DNA of 64,000 nt from Blepharisma stoltei ATCC 30299 (GCA_965603825.1 CBFDEM010000017.1:310001-374000); one strand, 5' to 3'. Numbered from the stretch's first letter, positions 1 through 12,126 are shown. Numbers and translations are program-made. The notes: generated by a model not told the origin, from the sequence alone.

Positions 1-1255
1 CGGGATCTTGCGAGCTGTAAAAGTGATTCAAAAAAATCGTGTAAAAGATTATGGAACATTTTGTAATGAAATAAATATATTGAAAACATTGGATCATCCA
101 AATGTTGTCAATGTAATTGAAACCTTCGAAACAGGCAGACTATGCTTTCTAGTTCTTGAGCTCTGCCAAGGTGGAGAACTTTTCACAAGAATCACAGCAT
201 TACGAATTTTAAGTGAGCGCCAAGCAGCCTTAATAATGAAAAATTTGTTTTCTGCTATTATGTATTGTCATGATAACAGTATTTGCCATAGAGATATAAA
301 ACCTGAAAACTGTTTATTTGTTGACACAAACACCGAAAGTGAGCTAAAATTAATTGATTTTGGAATTTCCAAAATGCTCACTGAAGTGGAAGTTATGCAT
401 GCAATTGACGGGACGCCCTACTATATGGCTCCTGAAATATTGACTGGATCTTATACAAAGCAAGTAGATTGCTGATCACTTGGCGTGATTTTATATATTA
501 TGCTTGGAGGCTCACCACCTTTTAATGGGAAAGATAATCAAGAAATAATGATGAACGTATATAATGGATATTGATCTTTCAGACCAAAAGCGTTTGCGAC
601 TGTTTCTGATCATGCTAAAGATTTAATAGCAAGATTACTTGTAAAAGACCCAGATATAAGGTGGACAGCTAAGCAAGCTTATCACCATCCCTGAATACAA
701 GGTCTAGCGCCAACACCTCAATATCCATTAGTCCCAGAAGTATTTGATGGGATTCAGTCATTTTCCCATGCCCAAAAACTGAAAAGAGTTACTCTAACGT
801 TTATTGCCTCAAAACTTTCTGAAAAAGATATAGAAAACCTCAAAAAAATTTTTAAATCGCTTAATATCAGTGGCGATGGAACTATTACAAGAGCTGAGCT
901 ACATCAAGGTATGAGAATGAGTGGCGTTGATATTGATAGTAATACCTTAGAAACTACTTTTTCGATTTTGGATTCGAATCGAAATGGGAAAATTGACTAT
1001 ACAGAATTTCTAGCTGCTTGCTTGTATAATCAGTCAACTTTAGACCAAGGGCTGCTTAAAACAGCGTTTCAGCATTTTGATCATGATAGAAGTGGGTTTA
1101 TTACAAATGATGAGCTTAAAGAAGTGCTTACAGGAGGAGATGTGTCTGTACTAATTAGTGATAATGATATTCAAGAGATTATGAGAGAAACAGACAGGAA
1201 TGGAGATGGGAGGATTGATTATATGGAGTTTCTAGCAATGATGAACCGAGTTTAA
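1..1255 (+). CDS. Calcium-dependent protein kinase (CDPK), 5'-truncated by the window edge
   Basis: HRDIKPEN, DFG and APE motifs. ORFs 8..475 and 911..1255 share one frame, interrupted only by TGA (DC-W-SLG at 473-475, HP-W-I at 692-694). C-terminal EF-hand lobe, with EF1 degenerate (NISGDG). Stop TAA. Confidence 0.93.
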
Positions 1256-1795
1256 ATTAACCGATACAAAATATTGTTTTTCTTATTAATTGACTTTATT
1301 TTAGATATTTAAAATCATATCAATAATTAGCTAAGCAAATTATTATATTTATTTGTCCATTTTGCATTCCACTTTATACCTGAAATGCTTCAGAGATCAA
1401 AAACTAAGGGCTAGTAGACTAGGATGCAAAATCCTTAATGATTAAGATTTATACGCATATATAAAATGTAACCGAATTCGCGTGTTTTCTGACGAAATAA
1501 ATATATTAAAAATATAATGTAAATTGGCAAACCTCAATCAATTATAATTTTAAGACAATAATAAAAGACTCCACAGATTGATCTATAGATATTATCTAAT
1601 TATAAAAAATTCTTAATAATATCATCCATTGACCCAAAAAATTCTCTTAATATTCCCTCTAAAATCCTAACAGACTAAATTAGCCATTAATTGTGTTAAA
1701 TATTGCATTTAAAATTGAATTTTATTTTCTCGAACGAACATTTAACCAATCCCTATAAACTCCACTTAAAATTAAAATTATTTAAACTTAATTAC

Positions 1796-2182
1796 TTAAG
1801 AGGACACTTCTTGATATCCTTTCCATGCTTTCCACACTGGCTCATCTTCTTTAAATCCTTTATTAGCCATCACTTCTCTCCATTCACGGACCATCGAGCA
1901 GCAGCAGCAAAAAGTGGCCAAAATGCAGTCGTTAAGATATGATCCTTTTATGCTTAAGACTTCTCTTATTTTAGTGCGATTATACGCCACACCAAAACAG
2001 CATAAGCCACATGCCATCAAAAATGCTATAAGCGGAGCATTTTCTTCTTTATCATTGGTCAATTTTGTTGTTGTAGCCTGCAAGCACGGAGTTCCACAAG
2101 GTACAAGGCACGACCAAAGACAGGTTAACGGTGTATCAAAACAATCGAACAGCTTAAAAGCCCAATCAGGTCCTTCTGACAT
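1796..2182 (-). CDS. PLAC8/cornifelin family Cys-rich protein
   Basis: W..LFDC, CL..C..PC, R.KIR...I.GS...DC....CCCCS pattern. Confidence 0.88.
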   Translation of the reverse strand: MSEGPDWAFKLFDCFDTPLTCLWSCLVPCGTPCLQATTTKLTNDKEENAPLIAFLMACGLCCFGVAYNRTKIREVLSIKGSYLNDCILATFCCCCSMVREWREVMANKGFKEDEPVWKAWKGYQEVSS

Positions 2183-2222
2183 ATTTACTATACGTTTTAC
2201 GTTTAAAAGCGAACAAAATTTC

Positions 2223-3677
2223 TTAAAGCTTACTTAAAATAATTTGCTGAAATTCATTAAAGTCAATTTCTCCGTCTCCATTTTGATCTACTTCTTTGAC
2301 AATACTTTCCCACACCTTATTTTCAGAGATAGCTTCACCAGCTAAAATTTTTTTCAATTCCATTGCGGAAATGCTTTGGCTTCCATCCTTATCAAACAAG
2401 TCAAAAGCCCTTCTCATGTTTTCTGAGGACATCACAGTTCTAATATCAAGCGTCGCCTTTAAAAATTCTGTATAATCTATATACCCATTATTATCAGTAT
2501 CTACTTCAGCCATAATCCTATCAACTTCATCAGATGCTGCGTTGTATCCCATTGTCTTTGAGAACTGATTTAGCAACTCTTCTCTGCTCAATTTTCCATC
2601 CCCATTGGTATCCATTGCTCTGAAAACGTCTCTGAGTTCTTTTGTATCCTTTTGAGAAATGCATTGAGTCGTGATAAAAGTATTTACAGCGTCTCTGAGC
2701 TTACTTGTGTTATGGAAATTTTTTAGGTTTTTTAAGGCAGCGTCCATAATTGTAGTGTTTGGCATGGTTCGATGAGAATTTAAAGCGACCCAAGGATGGG
2801 TCAACGCTTCAGACGCTGTAAGTCTTGTAGGTTCAGGAGAAAGCAAAGATGAAACCAAGTCTTTTGCCTCAGAAGAAATATGCTTTCAGATTTCGCCTTT
2901 AAATTCATAATGTCCTCTATTAACTTTATCAATGATTTCTACATCATTTCTTCCATCAAATGGTGGGTATCCGCATAACAATATAAACAACAACACCCCG
3001 CAGCTCCATAAATCGCATTTTTCTGAGTAATTTCCTACCAAAACTTCTGGCGCTATATAATAGGCTGTTCCTATAGAGCCTCTTAACAACTTTCCTTTTT
3101 CGAAAAATGCAGCTGTGCCGAAATCAATCAATTTGCAGTTCATTATATCACCTTTTTCTTCTAATAAAATATTTTCAGGCTTAATGTCTCTATGAACAAT
3201 CTCATGGTCATGTAAGTATGCTAATGCTGATAAGATTTGATAGACTATTTGAGCAGTTTGGACTTCATTAAAAGATTTTCGTTTGATAATCTCTTCAAAA
3301 AGTTCTCCACCTTTACAATGCTCCATGACTATATAGAACCGTTTCGTGTCTTCGAAAAATTCATAGACCCGAACGATGTTTGGATGATCCAAACGTTTTA
3401 AAACTTCGATTTCATTCAGTAATTTTTGTTTCTTTTCTTCATTGGTGGCGAGATCTTTACGGAAAATTTTGACTGCTCTTTCTGAATGATTGCTCCTGTG
3501 AATAACTTTTCGGACCTCGCCAAAAGTCCCTGAGCCTAAACTTGTTCCTATACTATAGACATCTTGAAAACGCTCATGGTTTTCAACAACAAATGTTGAA
3601 GGTTGAACTTTTAGGTCTGAGACTTTGGAAATTCTTGTTGGAATTGGCATCTTCTTTTTTGATGTTACACAGCCCAT
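2223..3677 (-). CDS. Calcium-dependent protein kinase with 4 EF-hands and N-terminal MGC acylation motif
   Basis: ORFs 2886..3677 and 2223..2858 are joined by TGA=W (GEI-W-KHISSEAKDL). GSGTFG, HRDIKPEN, DFG and four canonical EF loops. Confidence 0.95.
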
Positions 3678-3890
3678 TTTGAAATGCTTTACAAGATGTT
3701 AATTTATATTTGTTTTCAGTATGGAAATTTAGCTGAATAAAAATTTTTTATATTTTGTATTATTATGGCTATTTTAATTATTTATTGATAATTTTATATT
3801 TTTCATGGGGAATGAGTATGGATTTATGGTTAGGAGATAATAAAATGAGAATTAAATTCCAGTATAATTTATTAAAAAATCCGAAAAACT

Positions 3891-5972
3891 TTAATTATAT
3901 TCATAAGCGTCATCTCCTACGCTCATTCTTTCATCTCTTAGCGTCTCTCTTGTCTGCATTAAATTTTCGTGGAAACTGCTGTTCAATAAGTTCTGAAAAT
4001 CAGTGGAAATTGAGCCTCTTGTTGTCGCTCTTTCATGGGAAACCATAGTAGAATGTACAGACCCTACGTCTTCTTTTCGTTCTTCAACTTCTTCTTCATA
4101 AGAATGGTTAGTGATATTATTGATAGAAGATACCACTAAGTCGTTTTTAAGTAAATCCATAAATGGAACATAGGGGATTAAAAGCAATGACTGCTCTAAT
4201 GAGTAACATTTTATTTTTAATTCATCATAAATGCCGTCAGAAAAACTGAGACCTAGCTCTGAAATTATTTTTCTGATTTCAAACCATGTTATATATCCTC
4301 TTTTCTGTTTATCATACTTTTCACATTTTTGACGAAATTGAAGCTCTAAGCTTAAAATTTGAGAAACTGCAATAGAAAATTCATCATTATTTGGGATTAA
4401 ATTTTCAACTGAAATCGGAAAAAATTCAGTTAATAGCTTTTCGATGACTTGTTCTTTAGAAGAATTTCCTATAAAATAAGAAATCATTTTTTTTCTTTCT
4501 AGAATTGATTCAACTTTTAAAATTTCATCAGAGAATAGCTTGTCTAATTGTTTTATTTCTACAGGATTGTCTGGCAGATATCGAATAAAAAAATCGTAAA
4601 ATTCTTTTTTTGATACATTCTTTTCACGAAAACGAGATTTTAAATCGGATACTGTTTCTCTGATTTCATCTCTATATACAACAGTATCTTTTATTTCTTT
4701 TATAAAGGTTTCACTTAACTCTTCGCAATTATTTTGCTTTTTTAGAGGCCTGCCTAATTTTTCTTCTAAACAGCTTTTAACTTTTTCTATAAACATATTG
4801 GCAGAAAATTCTTTATTTTCTTCCAATATGTCATATACTTCTTTAGTTTCTTTCAAAGTTACATTAAGCTCACATCTTTGCAGCCCATCTCAAAACTCTT
4901 GAAAAGTAAAATAATTTTGATTTTCTGGATTATATTTACAAACAAACTCATCAAAATTTTCTTCATGATTCAATATTTGGACCGAAATTTTATTAAAAAA
5001 ATCTTTTATGACGTTTTTTCTTATAGGGCTTGAAAAGGAATTTGAGCTTATTGCAATGGAAAAATTCTGAGAGACTTTTAAAGGAACTTTGGCAACTTTG
5101 GATAGCTTTGGAGATGGATAATTTGAGCCATCTTGTGGGTTTGAGGTTTTTAATAATTTTGATTTTAGATCTTCTATGATCTGATTAGATTTTAGCAGCT
5201 CTGCATCTTTTTCTTTAATAGTTTTAGTAAGCTGATTTTTTTCTGCTTCATAATTTTCGATTTTATTTTTGGCATTTAATAATTCTTCTTTGAGTGCTTT
5301 TTTCTTATATCTTGACGTGTCAATTTTAAGTTCTAGGTTTTTGAGTTTTTGATTATCAATTGTTTCAGTATCCAGTCTGTTTGAAGGTGTAACTGGTTTT
5401 GACTTGATTTCACGAGTTTTTTCTAAATTTTCTTTTGAAATAGTATCAATAATTGATCGAAGCCTTTTGCATTCTTTAAAATATTGATCTCTTTCTTCTT
5501 CAATCTCATTCAATTTTGTAAGCTTCATTGATTTTTTCAGCTCCTCATTGTCGGATTTATATCTTTGGTTTTCTTTTTTCAAGAAATTTAAAGAATCTCT
5601 TAGAGAATTGATACCACGAGGATTGGGAATATTTGAAAGAGTAAATGAATTTTGCTCAACGAATGAATTCCTTCTATGAATTTCTTTTTCTAGCTGTAGC
5701 AATTTAGTTTTTAATTTAGTCAGCTGCTCACCTAACACATGATTTGTTTTCTTCAGCTGAATGTTGTCTTCGTATAATCTCTCTTTTTCCATTGGAAATG
5801 AAGTTATTTTCGGCTTTAAAAATAATGATGGCTGAAGGTATTGTTTCAATCTGAGCTTCCCATGATTTGAGATAGGCCTTGCAATTGGAGATTTTATCAA
5901 ATTTCTATGATAGATGTCTGTAGAGATAGGCCGCCCTTTCTTGTTATCAGTACTTAAAGACTTAGATGACAT
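3891..5972 (-). CDS. Hypothetical coiled-coil protein with C-terminal EF-hand-like segment
   Basis: Two ORFs in one frame joined by TGA at 4890-4892. Heptad-rich N-half; DKQKRGYITWFE EF-like loop. Confidence 0.75.
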
Positions 5973-6017
5973 ATATTTATATTAAAAAAAGGATTAATCC
6001 ATATTACATATAGCATA

Positions 6018-6674
6018 TTATCTTACATTAGACAATGCTGGAAGCTTCTCATTTTGTGATCCTAATTGGTATTTTTGACAAACTGGCTTTAAGTAGTTGG
6101 GAAGCTGCAGCTTGTGAGCTATTAGATATTTGGCATAATTTTTGGCAGTTTCCAGTTTTTCTATTTGAGTCTGAGCTGTTCGGTATCTCTCGTGAAAATC
6201 ACTTCCTGAATTTTGATCAGTATCCCTGTCTTGAGTGTTTCAGTTTTCATTGGCAAATCTTCTTTCAGTTTTAGAGCCTTCTTCATTGCCATTTAGCGTC
6301 TGGCCTTTCCAATTTTTCGGAAGCAAATACCAAGCGCTGCTGTACTTTCTTAATATTTTTCTTTTCTCTTCACTTTTATTTCCATATAAATTCGCTAAAG
6401 TTCCTTTTCTTTTCATTGATCTTTCAAAGATTTTTTTCCTCATGTAGCTTTCATATAGCTTGCTTGTATCTGATTTCATCAATGGGATATCTTTTTTATC
6501 ATCAATTAAGTCATCATCTTTTATTTCTTCAAACTCTCTTTTTAATTTCTTTACTTTGTCTTCAGCTAAAGCTAACATACTTTTAGATCTGTTGTTTTTT
6601 GAGTTTTTTTCTTCCCCCACCCACGTTCAATTCATGGCAAACATTTTCAATTTTCCTCCGTTTACCCTTGACAT
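6018..6674 (-). CDS. Hypothetical protein (218 aa)
   Basis: ATG at 6674, open with two TGA=W codons to TAA at 6018-6020. Extends track ORF 6240..6620 at both ends. Confidence 0.65.
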
Positions 6675-7209
6675 TAAATTTTATTTTATCAGTGATTAAT
6701 TCCAAATTGAATTTTTGTAACTTTTCCTAAATCTTTTTAACAAATTTGTATTATAAATCAAATAATTCATTATTTAAGATTAACTTTAAATATTAAAGAA
6801 TTGGAATTCCTAGCAGAATCAAATTTAGAATATAATCAAACTTGAAAAGTCTGTTTAATGCTTGGATAATGGAAATTTTATTTAAATTGAAGAGAAACTA
6901 AAATTGAAATGGCAAAAAATACCCTCAAATTGCATTACTTGGCATTATCTTTGAAATAGCCATAAATCCTGCTTATTCATTAATTAAAGATAACGCCAAG
7001 CAAATTAAATATATTTCTTTCTTTTTAACTATATATAAATAAACTTTAAGGAGGGCTTGATTATTTCTTTAAATACATGCTAAATGAGGCTAATTAGTAT
7101 ATCCAATGTTTTTAAAAATAAAATGGAATCTGAAGCTGCAATTTGTCCAATGCTTTTATTATTAAAATGGCTAATATTAACTTGATGCGTCAATATTTTT
7201 ATAATTTAA

Positions 7210-7959
7210 ATGGCTGAGTGTGGAATTGTAATAGGAGCGAGCAGAGGAATTGGAAAAGCCTTAACTATAAGACTTGCAACCCAATATCCTGATCTTCCTA
7301 TAATAGCAATTTCAAGTTCTATAGTCTCTTCTCAAACTGCTGTAGAATATTCTCGAACTCACCCTAATATTTCATGCTTCGATGCTGATATGAGCACAAT
7401 GGAAGGAGTTTTATCCGTAGTCAGCCACATTCAGGGCAAAATTAGATTCCTTGTCTATGCTTCAGGTGTCCAAGGGCCATTATGGTCAGAAAATATAACT
7501 GCAGAAGATTTCGACAATGTTATGCATATTAATACTAGAGCAATATTTTTCTTAACGAGAGGACTTGCTGAAAAATTTGCTCAAGGGTCGAAGTTATTAA
7601 TAATAAGTACAGGTCTGGCACATGAATACTTGATCCCTTTCCCTATTTATTCGATTTCAAAAGCTGCGTTATATATGACATATCAAGTATTAAAGCAAGA
7701 AATCAAGACGACTTCAGTAGGTTCTGTTCAACCTGGAGCAGTTAAGACTCAGATGCTTGATAATACTGAAGTTAAACTGCAAACAGAGCTGAAGTTTCCA
7801 AAAATTGAAGCAGATTTATGTGCAAAATTTTTAGCCTATTTGATAAGTGATCGAGTAAACTGCGAAAGATTTTCTCAGGCTGAGTGGAGTATTTATACAC
7901 CAGATCATCATTCTGAATGACTTGAAGAAGGAGATGAGGCACCTTTATGGATTGTTTAA
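7210..7959 (+). CDS. Short-chain dehydrogenase/reductase, copy 1
   Basis: GASRGIG Rossmann motif and YSISK catalytic motif. TGA 7918-7920 aligns with TGG in copies 2 and 3. Stop TAA at 7957-7959. Confidence 0.92.
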
Positions 7960-8251
7960 TAATTAGTATACTCTAAAAAATTCTAGTCAATTGAATCATA
8001 ACTTAATTAGTTAATAGTCTGAAATGCTTTAACAAAAATGACCCTTTTTCTTTTCATCTTAATTCTAACGGAAAATCCTCCATGCGTTTATATCATCATG
8101 ATTTTACTGAATAAAAATTATATAGGGGATGCTTCAATAAGGTGTAATTTTATAATAAACTATAATCACTTCGATTCATAATTTTGTAATTAGATAAACT
8201 CGAAAACTATTAAAAATTTAATATCAATATCCAATACTTTTATAATTAAAA

Positions 8252-9010
8252 ATGGCTGATTGTGGAGTTATAATAGGAGCAAGCAGAGGAATCGGAAAAG
8301 ACTTAACTCTAAGACTAGCAACCCAATATCCTGATCTTCCTATAATAGCAATTTCAAGTTCGATAGCTTCTTCTCCTGCCGCTGCAGAATTTTCTCAAAC
8401 TCATAGAAATATTTCATGTTTTGATGCCGATATGAGTACAACGGAAGGAGTTTCATCAGTAGCCAGCCATATTCAAGGCAAAATTAGATTCCTTGTCTAC
8501 GCTTCAGCAATTCCAGGTCCAATGTGGTCAGAAAACCCAACACCTGAGGATTTTGATACTGTTATGAATATTAACACGAGATCTGTATTTTTCTTAGCAA
8601 GGGGACTTTCAGATAAATTCGCTGAAGGCTCTAAATTTTTAATAGTCAATGCAGGTTTAGCGCATGTATATCTCATTCCCTTCCCTCTTTATTCAATTTC
8701 AAAAGCAGCGTTGTATATGACTTACCAAGTTTTAAAACAAGAAATCAAAACAACTGCAGTAGGATCTGTCCTTCCTGGGGTAGTAAAAACTCATATTTCT
8801 GATACTGTTTTTGAGAAAATGCAAACTGATTTAAATATAAAAAGACTTCAGCCAGAAATAGTTGCAAAATTTTTAGCCTACTTGATAAGCGATAAGGTAA
8901 GTAGTGAAAGGTTTTCTCATGCTGAATGGGATATTTATAATCAAGATCATCAATTTGAATGGCTTGAAGAAGGGGATGAGCCAGCTGTTATGCCTTCATT
9001 TCATAAATAG
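8252..9010 (+). CDS. Short-chain dehydrogenase/reductase, copy 2
   Basis: Uninterrupted 252 aa ORF with GASRGIG and YSISK. Stop TAG. Confidence 0.93.
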   Translation: MADCGVIIGASRGIGKDLTLRLATQYPDLPIIAISSSIASSPAAAEFSQTHRNISCFDADMSTTEGVSSVASHIQGKIRFLVYASAIPGPMWSENPTPEDFDTVMNINTRSVFFLARGLSDKFAEGSKFLIVNAGLAHVYLIPFPLYSISKAALYMTYQVLKQEIKTTAVGSVLPGVVKTHISDTVFEKMQTDLNIKRLQPEIVAKFLAYLISDKVSSERFSHAEWDIYNQDHQFEWLEEGDEPAVMPSFHK

Positions 9011-9275
9011 TTTATATAAAAGCATTATATTGATGAATAAATATCAACTACTTAAAAAACTAACTTGAAGAATTTTTAATATTATAGTTATAATAAAAAA
9101 ATATTGAGGTCATGCTATAATACGGGGCAATTTTTAAGTAAATTTTGCTCACCCTAAATGCCAATTTTTTTCTACAATTACTATTAAATTATTTATTTGA
9201 ATATTATTATGTAGAATATGTAACTTAAAAGATAATAAAAATTTAGTTGCAGAATCCAGTCGTTTTATAATTAAA

Positions 9276-10337
9276 ATGGCTGAGTGCGGAATTGTAATAG
9301 GAGCGAGTAGAGGAATCGGAAAAGATTTAACTCTAACTGCCCTACAGTTATAAAAGCAAAACTACAATTGTTTCTTTAAATACCAATTATATCTTAGCAT
9401 AAAGAATAAAATTAGTTATGATTATTTTAAATTTTTCTTTCGTTAAATTTAGACTAAATTGTATTGTTCAAATGTTATCTTACTTGCTCAATGAAATGCT
9501 GTTTAAGTTCGAGAATTAAAAGTTTTATTATACGTTTAATTTTGTAAAAGATAAAATATCAATTTTAATTATCAATTCAGCCTTGTACACTTTTAAAATA
9601 AAATTTTGAAAAAAAGCATTATTTTTTTTAAGGGACTAAGACTAGCAACCCAATATCCGAATCTTCCTATAATAGCTGTTTCAAGCTCGATAACTTCTTC
9701 CCAAGCTGTTTCAGAATTCTCTCAATCTCATCCTAACATTTCATGCTTTGATGCCGATATGAGTACAATGTTAGGAGTCACATCATTAATCGACTACATT
9801 CAAGGTAAAATTAGATTCCTTGTCTACGCTTCAGCAATTCCAGGTCCAATGTGGTCAGAAAACCCAGCACCTGAGGATTTTGATACTGTTATGAATATTA
9901 ACACGAGATCTGTATTTTTCTTAGCAAGAGGACTTTCAGATAAATTCGCTGTAGGCTCTAAATTTTTAATAGTAAGTGCAGCTCTAGCTCATAAATACTT
10001 GATTCCTTTCCCACTTTATTCAATTTCAAAAGCAGCGTTATATATGACTTATCAAGTTTTAAAACAAGAAATCAAAACAACTGCAGTAGGTTCTGCTCTC
10101 CCTGGAATAGTAAAAACTCATATTTCTAATACAGTTGAGAGAAAAATGCAAACTGATTTGGGTATCAACAGAATTGAGCCAGAAATTTCTGCCAAATTTT
10201 TGGCTTATTTGATAAGTGATAGAGTGAGCTGTGAAAGATTTTCTCAAGCGGAGTGGAATATTTATACACAAGATCATCAATCTGAATGGCTTGAGGAAGG
10301 AGATGAGATGCCAATCCCACCTGCTTTTCGTCCTTAA
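9276..10337 (+). CDS. Short-chain dehydrogenase/reductase, copy 3, interrupted by a 303 bp insertion after codon 20
   Basis: MAECGIVIGASRGIGKDLTL at 9276-9335, then RLATQYP... from 9639. Removing 303 bp gives 759 nt, the same length as copy 2. Confidence 0.85.
9334..9638. mobile_element. TA-bounded 303 bp AT-rich insertion (candidate IES or MITE)
   Basis: Absent from paralogs 1 and 2. CTAA direct repeat at 9333-9336 and 9636-9639. No GT..AG ends. Weak C-rich/G-rich imperfect inverted termini. Confidence 0.7.
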
Positions 10338-10438
10338 ACTTTAAAAATAATCCTAATAATCTTAATCTAATCATTTATTAATTTTTGTTATGGAGACACT
10401 TTTAAAAATTTAATTCAATTAATATTGAATTCTAAATT

Positions 10439-11062
10439 TTACCCTGGAAGCTGAATTAATTCGATATCTCCTGTATCCTCATCCACCTTCCACATTAAAT
10501 TCAGCTTAATCATTTTAATATTTTTTTTCTGCAAGATTTCTTTCGTTTTTTCTACCCTAATTGCAAACAAATCATCATCAAACTCAGTCATTTCTCTGCT
10601 TCATTTGCATTTCCCATTTAACAAAATAATAGTCGCTTGTATAACTAAAGCAACTACCATAAAAGGAATTCCAATATAGCTAAGCACATTATCATCAGCC
10701 CAATAAGAGTCAATAATCAAAAATAAAAAGAAAATCCCCATTAAGCAAATTGAAAGAACCAAAAAATTCCTTGTTTTGGCGTCAGGCTTTAAGCTCTCAA
10801 TTTTCGCATTATTTGCGGATTCCAGCTCATGTCTTAGAGTAATCCCGATTTTATTTATTGATTTCAAAATTTTTAGAGATGGGACATTTGATGATTGAAC
10901 TAGAATTTCGAAGGATTCTTTGGAATCATGATGCAATTGGAAACTGTTGAATTTATCTAGCACGAAAATAATTTTTTCTTCAGGATCTATATGTGGAGAA
11001 GTGTATAAAGTTGCTGTTTCTCGGCCTTGAGTATCTAATCGATTGCCATCGCTACTTGACAT
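10439..11062 (-). CDS. Hypothetical two-TM membrane protein, copy 1 (207 aa)
   Basis: Two hydrophobic segments. TGA=W at 10601-10603, then open to TAA at 10439-10441. Confidence 0.75.
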
Positions 11063-11214
11063 ATTTTACAATTAAGTTATTTATTTAAGATTATAACAAT
11101 TACTTTTGAATTTGTAGATGGTAATGCAAAACATATCAAATGCTGAGAAGTCAAATTTAATTGAAGGAAACGCAGAACTGGTATATAAGTAAGCTAGATA
11201 TTATAATGCAGATG

Positions 11215-11340
11215 TTTTAGTAAAGTTTTAAGCATATTTGATAAGTGAGAGTGTGGGTTGAGAGAGATTTTTTCAAGATGAGTTGGTGTTTAAACACTAA
11301 ACCATCATTTTAAGTTGTGAAGAAGATGAGCCAACGTTAT
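11215..11340 (+). pseudogene. Eroded 3' fragment of an SDR gene
   Basis: gcatatttgataagtgagagtgtg...gaagaagatgagcca resembles the SDR AYLISD...EEGDEP coding region, with indels. Confidence 0.6.
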
Positions 11341-11805
11341 AAATTGTTTAATAACCTTCTGAAAATTCTTATCAATAAATAATAATTTATTTTATAATAA
11401 TCTTAAAGGCTCAAGCAAAGATAACTTTTTTTCTTTTAATTAAAAAATTTCTTTATATATTAATAATGCTTTATTTGATCTAATACAAATAATGCAGGTC
11501 ATGCATTAATTCGGTGCAATTTTCGAGTAAATTTTGATCACTTTAAATACCAATTTTTTTCTACAACTGCTATTAAATCATTTATTTGAATATTATTATG
11601 TGGAATAGCTATAGGAAGATATCAGTATTTGGAAAAATAATCCACGCGTGGAACAAAATTTCAAACGTCAAGCAATTCAAGTCAGGAGACTACAAAGTTG
11701 GGTTTTAAATTCAATATGTGGCTGCCCTTCCATGTTGATGCAATTATTATAAACTCAAAAGATAGTAAAAATTTAATTACGGAATCAAATAATTTTATAA
11801 TAAAA

Positions 11806-12126
11806 ATGGTGAGTGCGGAATTAATAGGAGCGAGTAGAGGAATTGGAAAAGATTTAACACTAGCTTGCCTATAGTTAATATAAACAAGCCTACAATTGTT
11901 TCTTTAAATATCATTCTGTCTTAACATAAAGAATAAAATTAGTTATGATTATGTCAAAAGAATTGAGCCAGAAATTTCTGCCAAATTTTTGGCTTACTTG
12001 ATAAGTGATAGAGTGAGCTGTGAAAGATTTTCTCAAGCGGAGTGGAATATTTATACACCAGATCATCAATCTGAATTGCTTGAGGAAGGAGATGAGGCAC
12101 CAATCCCACCTGCTTTTCGTTCTTAA
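11806..12126 (+). pseudogene. SDR pseudogene (copy of copy 3) with insertion remnant and ~740 bp internal deletion
   Basis: The 5' end has 1 nt and 2 nt deletions. It keeps ~90 bp of the 303 bp insertion, then jumps to the RIEPEISAKF C-terminus. Confidence 0.85.

Noticed and set aside
1666-1672. CCTAACA, a partial heterotrich telomere unit
   Set aside because: A single partial unit with no tandem array.
9336-9638. The SDR insert as a long intron, or track ORF 9606..10337 as a complete gene
   Set aside because: No GT..AG ends and far from the 15-16 nt norm. The 9606 ORF starts at a TTG inside the insert and lacks the Rossmann motif.
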